DNA of 48,005 bases, from NCBI GenBank assembly GCA_026396015.1, contig JAPLXP010000007.1, positions 1-48,005 on the forward strand, read 5' to 3'. The stretch is from Candidatus Nomurabacteria bacterium (lineage in GTDB: Bacteria; Patescibacteriota; Minisyncoccia; Phycocordibacterales; UBA9973). The position numbers were made by a program, and so were the translations under genes. Every line of letters starts with the position of its first letter. The stretch's first letter is position 1. The notes below the pieces were generated by a model. The model saw only the letters and a list, made by a program, of their open reading frames with translations. It was not told the DNA's origin and did not search any database. Shown here one piece after another: positions 7,291 through 16,924 of this stretch.

Positions 7291-8682
7291 TTACAGAGCA
7301 CCCAATAGATAGCTGATTACTTCACGAACATTGTAATCACTATTTTCGTTAGTCATTAATTTTTGCAAAAATCTTACATCGTCACCAATTGTTACTACCA
7401 TGGGTTCAAAATCAGAATTCTTGCTAGCAGTAGAGAATAGACCGTTACAAAGGCAACCTCTGCCTATTGTTTCTTCTATTTTTCCACCTTTATTCAGGAA
7501 TTTATCAATGGGTTCTGCTGCGCATCTGCGTCCAATTTTACCATCTGATTTTTCATAGAGAGATACTAATCCTCCAATATTGCATATCCTAGATCTTGAT
7601 TCATAGACATTAGCTTCTGATATGGTTCCGGGTAATTCTATTACCTTAAAAGGAAAGCCTGTAGGGGATATTCTCATATCAGTTCTAATTTTTAATTCAC
7701 CCCTGAATCCAAGCCTCCTGACTTCTTTTCGAATACTGGGATTCATTCCAGATTCTTCAGAAAGTGCAAAAATTGAGCCTACTTGAATACCTTCTGCACC
7801 TATCTGTATTGCACGATTTAGTGCTCCAGGTGTAGCGTATCCACCACCAATCCAGAATGGTAAACCTAGCTCTGAGAGTTTTTTGTAATCGACATAATCC
7901 TTTTCTCCGTAGCTTAATTTATTTCTTGGAGGGGCATTGTGTCCACCTGCAGTTGGTTCTTCTACTACAAATCCATATATACTACCTGGTGGTAGTTTTT
8001 GTATGAGCATTGTAGCTAATAAATTTGATGAGATAATTGGTATAAATTTTGGAATTTTTTTGATATTCAGCTTTTCACCAAAAAATTTTTGTGTATCAAA
8101 AGTCATTGTAAAGCTCGTGATACTTGTACCTATGACAGGAATACGATATTGTGCAACTTTGCTTTCAAAAATAGAATTCATCACTTCAGGTATTTGCAGT
8201 GGTATACCGGCACCCATAGTGATAAAGTCCACGTCTGCGAGCATTGCTCCAGTGATAGCATATATGTGCGGCATAGCCACCTTCTCTAAATAATTTATAC
8301 TTACAGGATTTTTATGTCCTTCTTTTGCAAGCCACACGTATGCGTAGTTTGCACAAATCACAGTAGATATCAAAAGATCAGGAGGATCGGTATTAAACAT
8401 CTGTACTCTTTTGATTGGTATGTCTTTTGGGGCACCTCCTTCTACGTAAAATTTTTTTATTACACTTTCAGATATGTTTGGAAATGGAAATGTAGATAAA
8501 GCTCGCCTAATGTGGCCACCCTTGTCTCCATTTTGTAGTTCATGAACTAGTACTCCTTCGAGTATTGTTCCAGATAATGTGCCAAGTTGACCAAGGCTGG
8601 ATACTCTATTTGCAAGCACGTAAGATGACGTGTTTACTCCCATACCACCTTGGATGATTTCAGGATGTTGATGTGTTTTCAT
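7291..8682 (-). CDS. nitronate monooxygenase / 2-nitropropane dioxygenase family flavin oxidoreductase (FabK/PfaD-like TIM barrel)
   Basis: N-terminal IIQGGMGV motif, a 463-aa TIM-barrel-like layout, and a GGGYATPG / IQVGS segment typical of the NMO family. Confidence 0.7.
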   Translation of the reverse strand: MKTHQHPEIIQGGMGVNTSSYVLANRVSSLGQLGTLSGTILEGVLVHELQNGDKGGHIRRALSTFPFPNISESVIKKFYVEGGAPKDIPIKRVQMFNTDPPDLLISTVICANYAYVWLAKEGHKNPVSINYLEKVAMPHIYAITGAMLADVDFITMGAGIPLQIPEVMNSIFESKVAQYRIPVIGTSITSFTMTFDTQKFFGEKLNIKKIPKFIPIISSNLLATMLIQKLPPGSIYGFVVEEPTAGGHNAPPRNKLSYGEKDYVDYKKLSELGLPFWIGGGYATPGALNRAIQIGAEGIQVGSIFALSEESGMNPSIRKEVRRLGFRGELKIRTDMRISPTGFPFKVIELPGTISEANVYESRSRICNIGGLVSLYEKSDGKIGRRCAAEPIDKFLNKGGKIEETIGRGCLCNGLFSTASKNSDFEPMVVTIGDDVRFLQKLMTNENSDYNVREVISYLLGAL

Positions 8683-8758
8683 GGTATTTATTTTTTAGTG
8701 TTCTTTTATAAAATAGTAACACAGTATCAGGTATATTAATATATGTTATAATTTATGT

Positions 8759-9487
8759 ATGGCAAGATTAGTTCATGGATTTCATTTAACCAAAAAAAGA
8801 AAACACAAGATAACTACATTTTTTTTGTTGTTTTTTATATTGGCTATAATAATCACAATTAGTATTTCTGCGGGGGATTCACTGGGTCTATTGATTCAAG
8901 CTTTATGTCTATCTCTGTTCAGACTCATATTTGCTTATCTGATATCTCTTTTTGTAGCAGTACTCATCGCTATATCTATTAATAATAGTAAATTAGGGGA
9001 TTCGCTTATTCCAATTTTTGATTTAATGCAAAATTTGCCGTCGTTTGCTCTTATTCCATTGTTTGTATTTTATTTTGGATATACTAGCTTGATGACAATA
9101 ATTTTTGCTGCTACTTCTATTCTTTGGCCAATTCTATTCTATGTCTTGCACGCCCTAAAGACTGCAGACAAGGATCAAGAAAATGCTGCTCGTATATTTG
9201 GTGCACATGGATTAAAAAAAATTCTATTCTTCTCTCTACCAGTTGCCTTTCCTGCTATTATTACAGGTTCCATCGTTGGATTTAGTATTGGGTGGGAAGC
9301 AGTAATCGGAGTAGAAATTATTGGTCTATCTACTGGTATCGGGCCCTTTTTGAATAATGATAATTCTAGTAGTATGCACAACAAAACTTTAATCTTGGGT
9401 ATATCTGCCTTGCTTGTTGTTGTTTTTTTAATTAATAGATTAGTGTGGATGCCTCTTTTAAAAAAGACACAATTGTATGCAAACTAA
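8759..9487 (+). CDS. ABC transporter permease (NitT/TauT-like)
   Basis: Multi-pass membrane protein with an EAA-like loop (ENAARIFGAHGLKKILFFSLPVAFP). Overlaps the downstream ATPase gene. Confidence 0.8.
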   Translation: MARLVHGFHLTKKRKHKITTFFLLFFILAIIITISISAGDSLGLLIQALCLSLFRLIFAYLISLFVAVLIAISINNSKLGDSLIPIFDLMQNLPSFALIPLFVFYFGYTSLMTIIFAATSILWPILFYVLHALKTADKDQENAARIFGAHGLKKILFFSLPVAFPAIITGSIVGFSIGWEAVIGVEIIGLSTGIGPFLNNDNSSSMHNKTLILGISALLVVVFLINRLVWMPLLKKTQLYAN

Positions 9488-10217
9488 AAAAACTATATTA
9501 TCGGCTTCAGATTTATACTATTCATATTTAAATGAAGATACTGGTGAACATCTGTCTGTATTAAAAAATATTACTTTTGAAATATTAGAAGGTGAATTTG
9601 TGTGTTTTGTTGGACCTTCAGGCTGTGGAAAGTCTACAATTTTAAAAATATTATCCGGACTTGAAAAATCAACAAAAGGTAAGGTGAATATAGAAGCTAA
9701 AAAAATAGCAATGGTTTTTCAGAATTCTGCATTATTTCCATGGCTGACAGTTCGAGAAAATATCGCATTTGGTTTAAAAATGGAAAATATAAATAAATCA
9801 GAAATAGATAAAATAGTCACAGAAAAAATTAACGAAGTAGGTCTATCTGGTTTTGAAGATAAATATCCAATTGAACTTTCTGGAGGCATGAAGCAAAGAG
9901 TTGGTATTGCTAGAGCATTAGCAATTAGCCCGGATTTATTGTTGATGGATGAACCTTTTTCAAGTCTTGATATATTGACTGCGGAGAAATTAAGAAAAGA
10001 ACTTCTTGATATATGGGTTAAATACAAAGTCACGATTGTCATGGTCACACATCTAGTAGAGGAGGCAGTCGAGCTCGCAGATAGAATATTTATTTTTGCT
10101 CCAAGGCCGACTTTTATTGAAGAGGTTGTTAGTATTAACTTAGATAAGCCAAGAGATAAAAGATCTCAAGAATATTATGATCAAGTAGATAAGATCAGTA
10201 GGCAAATAAAGACATAA
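9477..10217 (+). CDS. ABC transporter ATP-binding protein (NitT/TauT-like)
   Basis: Walker A GPSGCGKST, signature LSGGMKQR, Walker B LLLMDEPFS. Confidence 0.9.
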   Translation: MQTKKTILSASDLYYSYLNEDTGEHLSVLKNITFEILEGEFVCFVGPSGCGKSTILKILSGLEKSTKGKVNIEAKKIAMVFQNSALFPWLTVRENIAFGLKMENINKSEIDKIVTEKINEVGLSGFEDKYPIELSGGMKQRVGIARALAISPDLLLMDEPFSSLDILTAEKLRKELLDIWVKYKVTIVMVTHLVEEAVELADRIFIFAPRPTFIEEVVSINLDKPRDKRSQEYYDQVDKISRQIKT

Positions 10218-10346
10218 TATTGAGTATTTTATATTTTAAAAAATAATTGAATTTTATTCAAAAATGATGTATAGTGTATTTATCTTATTAATAAACAAAG
10301 ATAGCATCATATTTTCTTAATCATGATGTAATTCTATAGAAACAAT

Positions 10347-10472
10347 ATGGCAAAAAGAAGTACAAACCTTGGTGTTCATCCTAAATCAATACATTCTCAC
10401 AAGACAGCTAAGAGATTAGAGATCAAGAGAGCGATGCTTGTTAAAAAAGCAGCCAAGAACAAAAAGAAATAG
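10347..10472 (+). CDS. small highly basic protein (41 aa); not in the ORF track
   Basis: My translation: MAKRSTNLGVHPKSIHSHKTAKRLEIKRAMLVKKAAKNKKK. It sits in its own intergenic space and is followed by the terminator hairpin 10480-10513. Confidence 0.4.
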   Translation: MAKRSTNLGVHPKSIHSHKTAKRLEIKRAMLVKKAAKNKKK

Positions 10473-10555
10473 TTTATCTAAAAAACACAGCAATATCTAT
10501 TGCTGTGTTTTTTGCTGTTGCGTAATTTTTATTTGTGGTAAAATATATTTATAAA

Positions 10556-11149
10556 ATGAAAAAAGCGATATATATAATTTGTGGGGTAGTTGGTGGAATT
10601 TTTAGCTTGATAGTCATATCAGGTATTGTTCGGTTTGTGCTTACTCAAAATGATACTATCATCATAGGTAAGAATGCCCCAGATGCTGAAAATATGAATT
10701 ATATCGTTGGTTCAGAGAATTTTACACTCAAGGACGGAAAAGCTGAGAAGGATTATGTAAAGGGTGCAACTGTGAAAAATAAATTGGCAGTGTTTGGTGA
10801 GCCTGTATATGGAGATTTAGATAATGATGGGGATGTAGATGCTGCGACTTATTTGGTGAATGATGCTGGAGGGAGCGGCACATTTTACTATGGTGTACTA
10901 GTGATCAATAATAAGGGTACTTTTAATTCTACAAATGCAATGTTCTTGGGAGATAGGATTACCAATGCTAGTCTACGAATAGATGACGGGCATGCTGTAT
11001 TTGGATTTAATACTACTGCTGGCTTAGATAGTAAAGCAAAAGTTGCATCTTTAAAGAAAACAGTCTGGGTAAATTTTGATAAAACAAAAAATGAAATAGG
11101 TGAATGGGTAAAAGATTTTGAGGGCGAATCTGCTGGTTTCAATAAATAA
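10556..11149 (+). CDS. membrane-anchored/secreted hypothetical protein with an FG-GAP/VCBS-like DxDxDGxxD segment
   Basis: N-terminal TM helix; GDLDNDGDVDAATYLVNDAGGSG. The track starts at GTG 10535; ATG 10556 is preferred. Confidence 0.5.
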   Translation: MKKAIYIICGVVGGIFSLIVISGIVRFVLTQNDTIIIGKNAPDAENMNYIVGSENFTLKDGKAEKDYVKGATVKNKLAVFGEPVYGDLDNDGDVDAATYLVNDAGGSGTFYYGVLVINNKGTFNSTNAMFLGDRITNASLRIDDGHAVFGFNTTAGLDSKAKVASLKKTVWVNFDKTKNEIGEWVKDFEGESAGFNK

Positions 11150-11191
11150 CACTTTCTATTTAATGAAAAATAGTGTATTCTGTGTATCTAT

Positions 11192-12664
11192 ATGGCTCAC
11201 GGCGAAGTAGTAGTAAGGTTCGAAAAAGTCACCTTTGAATATGGTCACAATAAAACGATATTAGATGCGGTGGATTTTTCTGTGCGTCGTGGTATGAAGG
11301 TGACTATCATGGGTCAGAATGGCGCAGGAAAGAGTACTCTTTTTTCTCTTATTACTGGTGCCAATACTCCAGAGGATGGAATAATTAATCTTGCTCAGCG
11401 TACTACTATAGCATTATCTCGTCAGGTTATCCCTCGTGATGAACTGGATCTGACTGTCCGTGAATTCTTCCTTAAATGTTTTAAAGAAAAAATATATGAT
11501 ATTGATCCACGCATAGATGAAGTGCTCGAAGTAGTGAATCTAAAAGGTCATGAAAAAGTTCACGACCGAATAGTGCGATCATTTTCTGGTGGACAGCAAG
11601 CACGCCTACTCCTAGCTTCTGCTCTTATTCAAGAACCAGATATTTTGCTACTCGATGAGCCGACAAACAATCTAGACAAGGCCGGTATCGCACATTTGAC
11701 AGACTTTCTTGTGAAATACAAAAAGACTGTGATCGTCATCTCTCACGATGCGCATTTCCTAAATGCCTTTACTGATGCAGTGTTGTACCTAGATGTGTAC
11801 ACAAGAAAGATCGAGCAGTATGTAGGTAACTATACAGATGTACGTGATCAGATCGCTGTGCGTATGGAACGCGAAAATAGAAAGAATGCGCTCCTCTCGA
11901 AAGAGATCCAGGCAAAGAAAGATCAAGCTAACGCTTTTGCGATGAAGGGAGGAAATCTCCGTGCTGTAGCAAAACGTATGCGTGAACTAGCAGCAGATCT
12001 CGAAGAAGAAAAGGTGGATGTAAGAAAAGAAGACAAGACTATACGCCCATTCAAAATTCCATTCCAGGGTGATTTGATAGGAGACATTATTACATTTGAA
12101 TCAGTCTCTATTCTAAAGAAGCACAAGCCAACACAAGTAAAAGTAAATATTAAGCTCCGCAAGAACAAGCACCTACTACTCTCTGGTCCAAATGGTATCG
12201 GTAAGAGTACACTACTTGAAGCTCTAGCAAATAATCGTGCAGAGGGTGTGACTATAACTCCTGGCGTCAGTGTGGGATACTATCGTCAAGATTTCTCGAC
12301 TTTGAATTTCGAGCATACAGTATTCGAGGCACTCGCTGAAGTATCACGCAAATATGCAGGACGTGTAGATGAAGAGCGTATTCGCGCTACAGCTGCATCA
12401 TTCCTAATCGTAGGTGATATGGTCAATACGCGCATTGGAAGCTTATCCGAAGGGCAGAAGGGCCTTGTAGCATTTGCAAGTCTAGTGATAGAGCGACCAG
12501 GATTATTAATACTTGATGAGCCTACGAACCATATAAACTTTCGCCACCTACCAGTCATCGCAAAAGCACTCGATGAATACGAGGGTGCGATGATTCTAGT
12601 CTCTCACGTACCAGAATTCGTAGAGCAAATACGTATTGACGAAATACTTGATTTAGATAAATAA
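11192..12664 (+). CDS. ABC-F family ATPase (two ABC domains, no TM domain)
   Basis: Two Walker A sites (GQNGAGKST, GPNGIGKST), two signature and Walker B sets (LLLDEPTN, LILDEPTN), and a charged inter-domain linker. Confidence 0.85.
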   Translation: MAHGEVVVRFEKVTFEYGHNKTILDAVDFSVRRGMKVTIMGQNGAGKSTLFSLITGANTPEDGIINLAQRTTIALSRQVIPRDELDLTVREFFLKCFKEKIYDIDPRIDEVLEVVNLKGHEKVHDRIVRSFSGGQQARLLLASALIQEPDILLLDEPTNNLDKAGIAHLTDFLVKYKKTVIVISHDAHFLNAFTDAVLYLDVYTRKIEQYVGNYTDVRDQIAVRMERENRKNALLSKEIQAKKDQANAFAMKGGNLRAVAKRMRELAADLEEEKVDVRKEDKTIRPFKIPFQGDLIGDIITFESVSILKKHKPTQVKVNIKLRKNKHLLLSGPNGIGKSTLLEALANNRAEGVTITPGVSVGYYRQDFSTLNFEHTVFEALAEVSRKYAGRVDEERIRATAASFLIVGDMVNTRIGSLSEGQKGLVAFASLVIERPGLLILDEPTNHINFRHLPVIAKALDEYEGAMILVSHVPEFVEQIRIDEILDLDK

Positions 12665-12696
12665 AAATGAGTAAGGCAAGACCTTACTCATTTTTA
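12664..12696 (+). terminator. intrinsic terminator
   Basis: AAAATGAGTAAGG caaga CCTTACTCATTTT. Confidence 0.8.
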
Positions 12697-12704
12697 TTTT
12701 ATAA

Positions 12705-12732
12705 TTGACAATACCCCCAGGGGGTATATACT
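12705..12732 (+). promoter_or_regulatory. csoR/copA promoter with CsoR-type operator in the spacer
   Basis: TTGACA (12705-12710); perfect palindrome ATACCCCC-A-GGGGGTAT (12711-12727); TATACT (12727-12732); ATG at 12739. Confidence 0.75.
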
Positions 12733-12738
12733 TTAATT

Positions 12739-13002
12739 ATGAATACAAATAAACAAAAACTAATTCGGCGCTTGAAGATTATTGAGGGTCAGGTGAGGGG
12801 ACTTCAAAAGATGGTAGAAAGTGATAAATATTGTATAGATGTGATCACTCAGACATCAGCTATCAAAAAAGGTTTATCTGGAGTAGAGGATATCTTGATG
12901 GAGAGTCACCTGGGTCATTGTGTGATAAATCAGATAAAGAATGGACAAACAGACAAGGCGACAAAAGAAATCTTAAAAGTTTATCAACTTAAAAGAAAAT
13001 AA
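12739..13002 (+). CDS. csoR: CsoR/RcnR family metal-sensing repressor (copper-sensing CsoR type)
   Basis: 87 aa. LKIIEGQVRGLQKMVE..KYCIDVITQ....ESHLGHCV carries the C-H-C ligand pattern of CsoR. Confidence 0.85.
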   Translation: MNTNKQKLIRRLKIIEGQVRGLQKMVESDKYCIDVITQTSAIKKGLSGVEDILMESHLGHCVINQIKNGQTDKATKEILKVYQLKRK

Positions 13003-13010
13003 TATTATAT

Positions 13011-15332
13011 ATGAGCGAAACTAAAACATATAAAGTTAAAGGGATGCACTGTGCATCTTGTGCCAGTATTATAGAAAGAGCTATTAAGAAAATTGATGGA
13101 GTTGCAGAAGTATCTGTAAACCCAGGCACAGAAAATGCAAAGATATCTTTTGATTCCAATAAAACAAATGGAGATGATTTTAATAAAAAATTGGAAACAC
13201 TCGGATATTCCCTTATAGTACAAATGAAACATGATATGAAAAATATTTCTGCAAGTGAGATGGGTATGAGCGAAAATGAACACGCAAAGCATCTAGGGTT
13301 GAACCAATCAAAGAAAGAAAAACTTGCAGAGATAAAAGAAATGAGAAATAAAGTAATTTCAGCTATTCCTCTAGCTGTCGTGAGTGTTCTTATTATGCTC
13401 TGGGATATTTTGGTAAAACTCGGAACTATATCAGAGATGTCTTTGGTGTGGTCAGAATTTTTCCATCATTTACTTCCTGTAATGGCTACTTATATTTTAT
13501 TTACTGTAGGCCGGCCATATTTGATTGGATTTTACAGATTCATCCGTACTGGGCAGGCAAATATGGATACACTCATCGGTCTGGGTACATCTGTCGCGTT
13601 TACCTATAGTTTTATAGTGAGTGCATTTGAGGAGACATGGTTAAAGGATTTCCCAAATGTAGGGGTGACTTATTATGATGTGACAATCATTGTCATTACT
13701 TTTATCGCCCTGGGTAAATATTTAGAAACACGCTCAAAGTTGAAAACTGGTGATGCAATAGAGAAGCTTTTAAATCTACAAGCGAAAACAGCGCTAGTTC
13801 TCCGTGATGGAAAAGAAGTTGAAGTCCCATCTGATCAGGTAGTTATCGATGATTTAGTTATAATAAAACCAGGTAGTAAAATCCCTGTAGATGGTGTTAT
13901 TACCGAGGGGTTATCATTTATTGATGAATCAATGGTCACAGGCGAGCCAATGCCAGCACAGAAAAAAGTCGGAGACAATATAATAGCTGGGACTATTAAT
14001 ACTACAGGAGCATTTACATTTAAAGCTACAAAAGTTGGATCCGAGACAATGCTCGCACATATTATTAAAATAGTGGAAGAAGCCCAAGGGAGTAAGGCTC
14101 CAGTTCAAGCATTAGCAGATAAAATATCAAGCATCTTTGTGCCGATAGTGCTAGTTATTGCATTTATTACATTGGGATCATGGATTTTCTTTGGTATTAA
14201 TACAATTGGTCTTTCTAGTTCCTTGTCATTTGGCCTGATGTCATTTGTCGGTGTACTCGTCATCGCTTGTCCATGCGCATTAGGACTCGCTACTCCTACA
14301 GCTATCATAGTCGGTGTTGGCAAGGGTGCGCGCGAAGGAATATTGATTAAAGATGCAGCAACACTTGAGAAACTTCATAAAGTAGATACAGTCATAGTAG
14401 ATAAGACTGGTACGATAACAATCGGCAAGCCGACACTTGTTGATATTAAAAATTTCTCTGATATTGATGAGCAAAAATTTATCTCTACCCTCGCTTCGCT
14501 TGAAAATAAATCAGAGCATCCCATTGCCCATGCAATAGTCAATTATGCAAAAGAAAAGAATTTAAATACAGTAGAATTAAATAATTTCGAAGGTTTACAA
14601 GGCAAAGGATTGAGGGGAACGATAGATGGTACAGAATATTTTGTTGGGAATGTGAAGTTAATAAAAGAATTAAATTTAAATTTTGATAATATACAAATAG
14701 AAGAATTTACGGCTCAAGGTAAAACGCCAGTTATATTGGCAACAAAAGAAAAGGTGCTAGGTTTTGTAATGGTGGCTGATGAAATAAAAGTTGAATCAAA
14801 ACAGGCAATTACCGATTTGCATAAATTAGGAATCAAAGTAATTATGTTAACAGGGGACGATGAAAAGGCAGCAAAGTATATGGCGTCTCTCGTAGATATC
14901 GATGAAGTCGTAGCGCATGTCATGCCGGCAGATAAATTGACAAAAATAAAAGAACTTCAATCGGGTGGCCACATAGTAGCGATGGCTGGCGATGGAGTAA
15001 ATGATGCCCCAGCCCTCGCCCAAGCCGATGTCGGCATTGCTATGGGTACTGGTACTGATGTAGCAATAGAGTCTGCAGGAATCACACTATTGGGCGGAGA
15101 TATTTCAAAATTAGTCAAAGCTATAAAGCTTTCAAAGATGACAATGTGTGGTATCAAGCAAAATCTATTCTGGGCATTCTTCTACAATATAGTAGGTATA
15201 CCACTTGCAGCTGGAATATTCTATCCGATATTTGGGTGGACACTCAATCCTGCATTTGCGGGACTCGCTATGGCAATGTCGTCCGTATCAGTAGTCGGCA
15301 ATTCACTACGAATTAAAAGTAAGAAACTATAA
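13011..15332 (+). CDS. copA: copper-translocating P1B-type ATPase
   Basis: N-terminal HMA domain (GMHCASCASIIE), CPC motif (ACPCALGLATP), DKTGT, and GDGVNDAP. Confidence 0.95.
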   Translation: MSETKTYKVKGMHCASCASIIERAIKKIDGVAEVSVNPGTENAKISFDSNKTNGDDFNKKLETLGYSLIVQMKHDMKNISASEMGMSENEHAKHLGLNQSKKEKLAEIKEMRNKVISAIPLAVVSVLIMLWDILVKLGTISEMSLVWSEFFHHLLPVMATYILFTVGRPYLIGFYRFIRTGQANMDTLIGLGTSVAFTYSFIVSAFEETWLKDFPNVGVTYYDVTIIVITFIALGKYLETRSKLKTGDAIEKLLNLQAKTALVLRDGKEVEVPSDQVVIDDLVIIKPGSKIPVDGVITEGLSFIDESMVTGEPMPAQKKVGDNIIAGTINTTGAFTFKATKVGSETMLAHIIKIVEEAQGSKAPVQALADKISSIFVPIVLVIAFITLGSWIFFGINTIGLSSSLSFGLMSFVGVLVIACPCALGLATPTAIIVGVGKGAREGILIKDAATLEKLHKVDTVIVDKTGTITIGKPTLVDIKNFSDIDEQKFISTLASLENKSEHPIAHAIVNYAKEKNLNTVELNNFEGLQGKGLRGTIDGTEYFVGNVKLIKELNLNFDNIQIEEFTAQGKTPVILATKEKVLGFVMVADEIKVESKQAITDLHKLGIKVIMLTGDDEKAAKYMASLVDIDEVVAHVMPADKLTKIKELQSGGHIVAMAGDGVNDAPALAQADVGIAMGTGTDVAIESAGITLLGGDISKLVKAIKLSKMTMCGIKQNLFWAFFYNIVGIPLAAGIFYPIFGWTLNPAFAGLAMAMSSVSVVGNSLRIKSKKL

Positions 15333-15333
15333 T

Positions 15334-16341
15334 ATGAAAAATACATATCATGTATCAGGAACACATTGTGCATCTTGTAAAATCTTACTCGAAGATATTA
15401 TTGGCGAGCAGGAATATATTGCGAGTGTAAATGTAAATCTAAAAAAAGAAACTATAGAAATCGAAATTAAAGACGATAAAAATAAAGAAGAAGTATTAGA
15501 TATTTTAAATTCAAAAATAAAAGAAAATGGCTATATTCTAACTACAGAGAAACAAGAAAAAGAAAAACAAAATCATAGAGAGTTGTACCTAGCTGTACCA
15601 ATCGGAATTGTATTTCTAATTTTATTTTTCTTGCTTCAAAAATCTGGAATTTTAAATTTTGGTATTGGTGGAGATATTACACCGGCTACCAGCTTTATCA
15701 TAGGATTGATCGCATCTGTATCTTCTTGTCTTGCAATAGTCGGTGGACTTATATTGTCACTGTCTGCTACGTCTGCACGTGATGATAGTAAAACAAGTAA
15801 TAAACACATGATCCTTTTTCATCTTGGACGACTCCTGGGCTTTGCAATATTGGGAGGAATTTTAGGATTCATAGGTAAAACGATAGGTATAAATTTTACA
15901 ATTTCTACAATATTGGGATTAATCGCTTCAATTATTATGATTATTCTTGGGATGAATCTAGTTGGTATTTTTAATAAAAATAAAATTACATTGCCGTCCG
16001 GAGTATTTTCTTATTTCAGAAAAGTAGAGCATTCGACCCTAGCACCGATCGTAGTAGGCATAGGGACATTCTTTCTGCCTTGCGGTTTTACTCAGTCGAT
16101 GCAGTTCTCAGCACTCTCTAGTGGATCATTCACTTCAGGTTTTATTATTATGTTATTCTTTGCATTTGGTACATTACCAGTGTTGGGATTGCTCTCTTTT
16201 AGTTCTGTGTCTTTTGCAAAAAGTAAATATGCACCAATATTCTTTAAATCTGCAGGTGTGGTAGTGCTAGGCTTGGGTATATTTGCATTACTTGCTGGAT
16301 TAGCTAGTTTAGGTATTATAAATCCAATAATTAATATATAA
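15334..16341 (+). CDS. HMA domain fused to a DsbD_2 / TauE-SafE-like membrane domain
   Basis: N-terminal GTHCASCKILLEDII, then 6-7 TM segments with conserved Cys (SSCLA, FFLPCGFTQS). Confidence 0.65.
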   Translation: MKNTYHVSGTHCASCKILLEDIIGEQEYIASVNVNLKKETIEIEIKDDKNKEEVLDILNSKIKENGYILTTEKQEKEKQNHRELYLAVPIGIVFLILFFLLQKSGILNFGIGGDITPATSFIIGLIASVSSCLAIVGGLILSLSATSARDDSKTSNKHMILFHLGRLLGFAILGGILGFIGKTIGINFTISTILGLIASIIMIILGMNLVGIFNKNKITLPSGVFSYFRKVEHSTLAPIVVGIGTFFLPCGFTQSMQFSALSSGSFTSGFIIMLFFAFGTLPVLGLLSFSSVSFAKSKYAPIFFKSAGVVVLGLGIFALLAGLASLGIINPIINI

Positions 16342-16474
16342 ATGACGCATTTCTTTGTTGCTGCGTTCGTTTGTTGCCGCAATGTACATTAGTACATTTT
16401 AGTCACAAGCCTCACTTGCGCCTCGAACTGCATTCATTTATAAATTAATTAATATTTTAATATATAATATACAT

Positions 16475-16885
16475 ATGAAAAAAAAGACATCTATAATAAT
16501 CGGAGTAGGATTAATAATAGTCTTTGCTATTATTTTACTTGGTAGTACTACAAATAAAAATACGAATACCGACAAAATATCAGAAAATGAAAATATAAAC
16601 AATGTAGAAGTGCGAGATGGTATTCAATATATTACAATAAATGCACGTGGGGGATATAGTCCACGACTATCGGAGGCACAATCAGGTATACCGACAAAGT
16701 TGATAATGAAGACAGATGGGACGTATGATTGCTCGTCATCACTATTGATCCGATCGATCGGTATTCAGAAAATCCTACCGAATACTGGTAATACCGAGAT
16801 TGATCTGGGTATACCAAAATCGGGAAATCCAATATCTGGTATGTGTGGTATGGGAATGTATAATTTCAATATTGATTTTAAATAA
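16475..16885 (+). CDS. membrane-anchored cupredoxin-like (Cupredoxin_1-type) protein
   Basis: N-terminal TM helix and a small beta-rich domain with C...C.MGM (YDCSSS...SGMCGMGMYNFNIDF). It lies in the copper cluster. Confidence 0.5.
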   Translation: MKKKTSIIIGVGLIIVFAIILLGSTTNKNTNTDKISENENINNVEVRDGIQYITINARGGYSPRLSEAQSGIPTKLIMKTDGTYDCSSSLLIRSIGIQKILPNTGNTEIDLGIPKSGNPISGMCGMGMYNFNIDFK

Positions 16886-16888
16886 AAT

Positions 16889-16922
16889 AAAAGCCGATCC
16901 ATTTTATAGGATCGGCTTTTTT
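16889..16922. terminator. bidirectional intrinsic terminator
   Basis: AAAAGCCGATCC attttata GGATCGGCTTTT. Confidence 0.8.
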
Positions 16923-16924
16923 GT

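Noticed and set aside
7937-8499. Plus-strand track ORFs 7937..8293, 8089..8289 and 8314..8499
   Set aside because: Antisense shadows inside the NMO-family gene, with no independent signals.
13005-13292. Minus-strand ORF overlapping the copA 5' end
   Set aside because: Antisense to the HMA domain of copA. Cys/Phe-rich nonsense composition and no promoter or terminator.
16381-16398. AATGTAC-atta-GTACATT dyad as a CopY-type cop box
   Set aside because: It does not match the TACAnnTGTA consensus, and no CopY gene is present. It is kept only as a remark under the copper-cluster finding.
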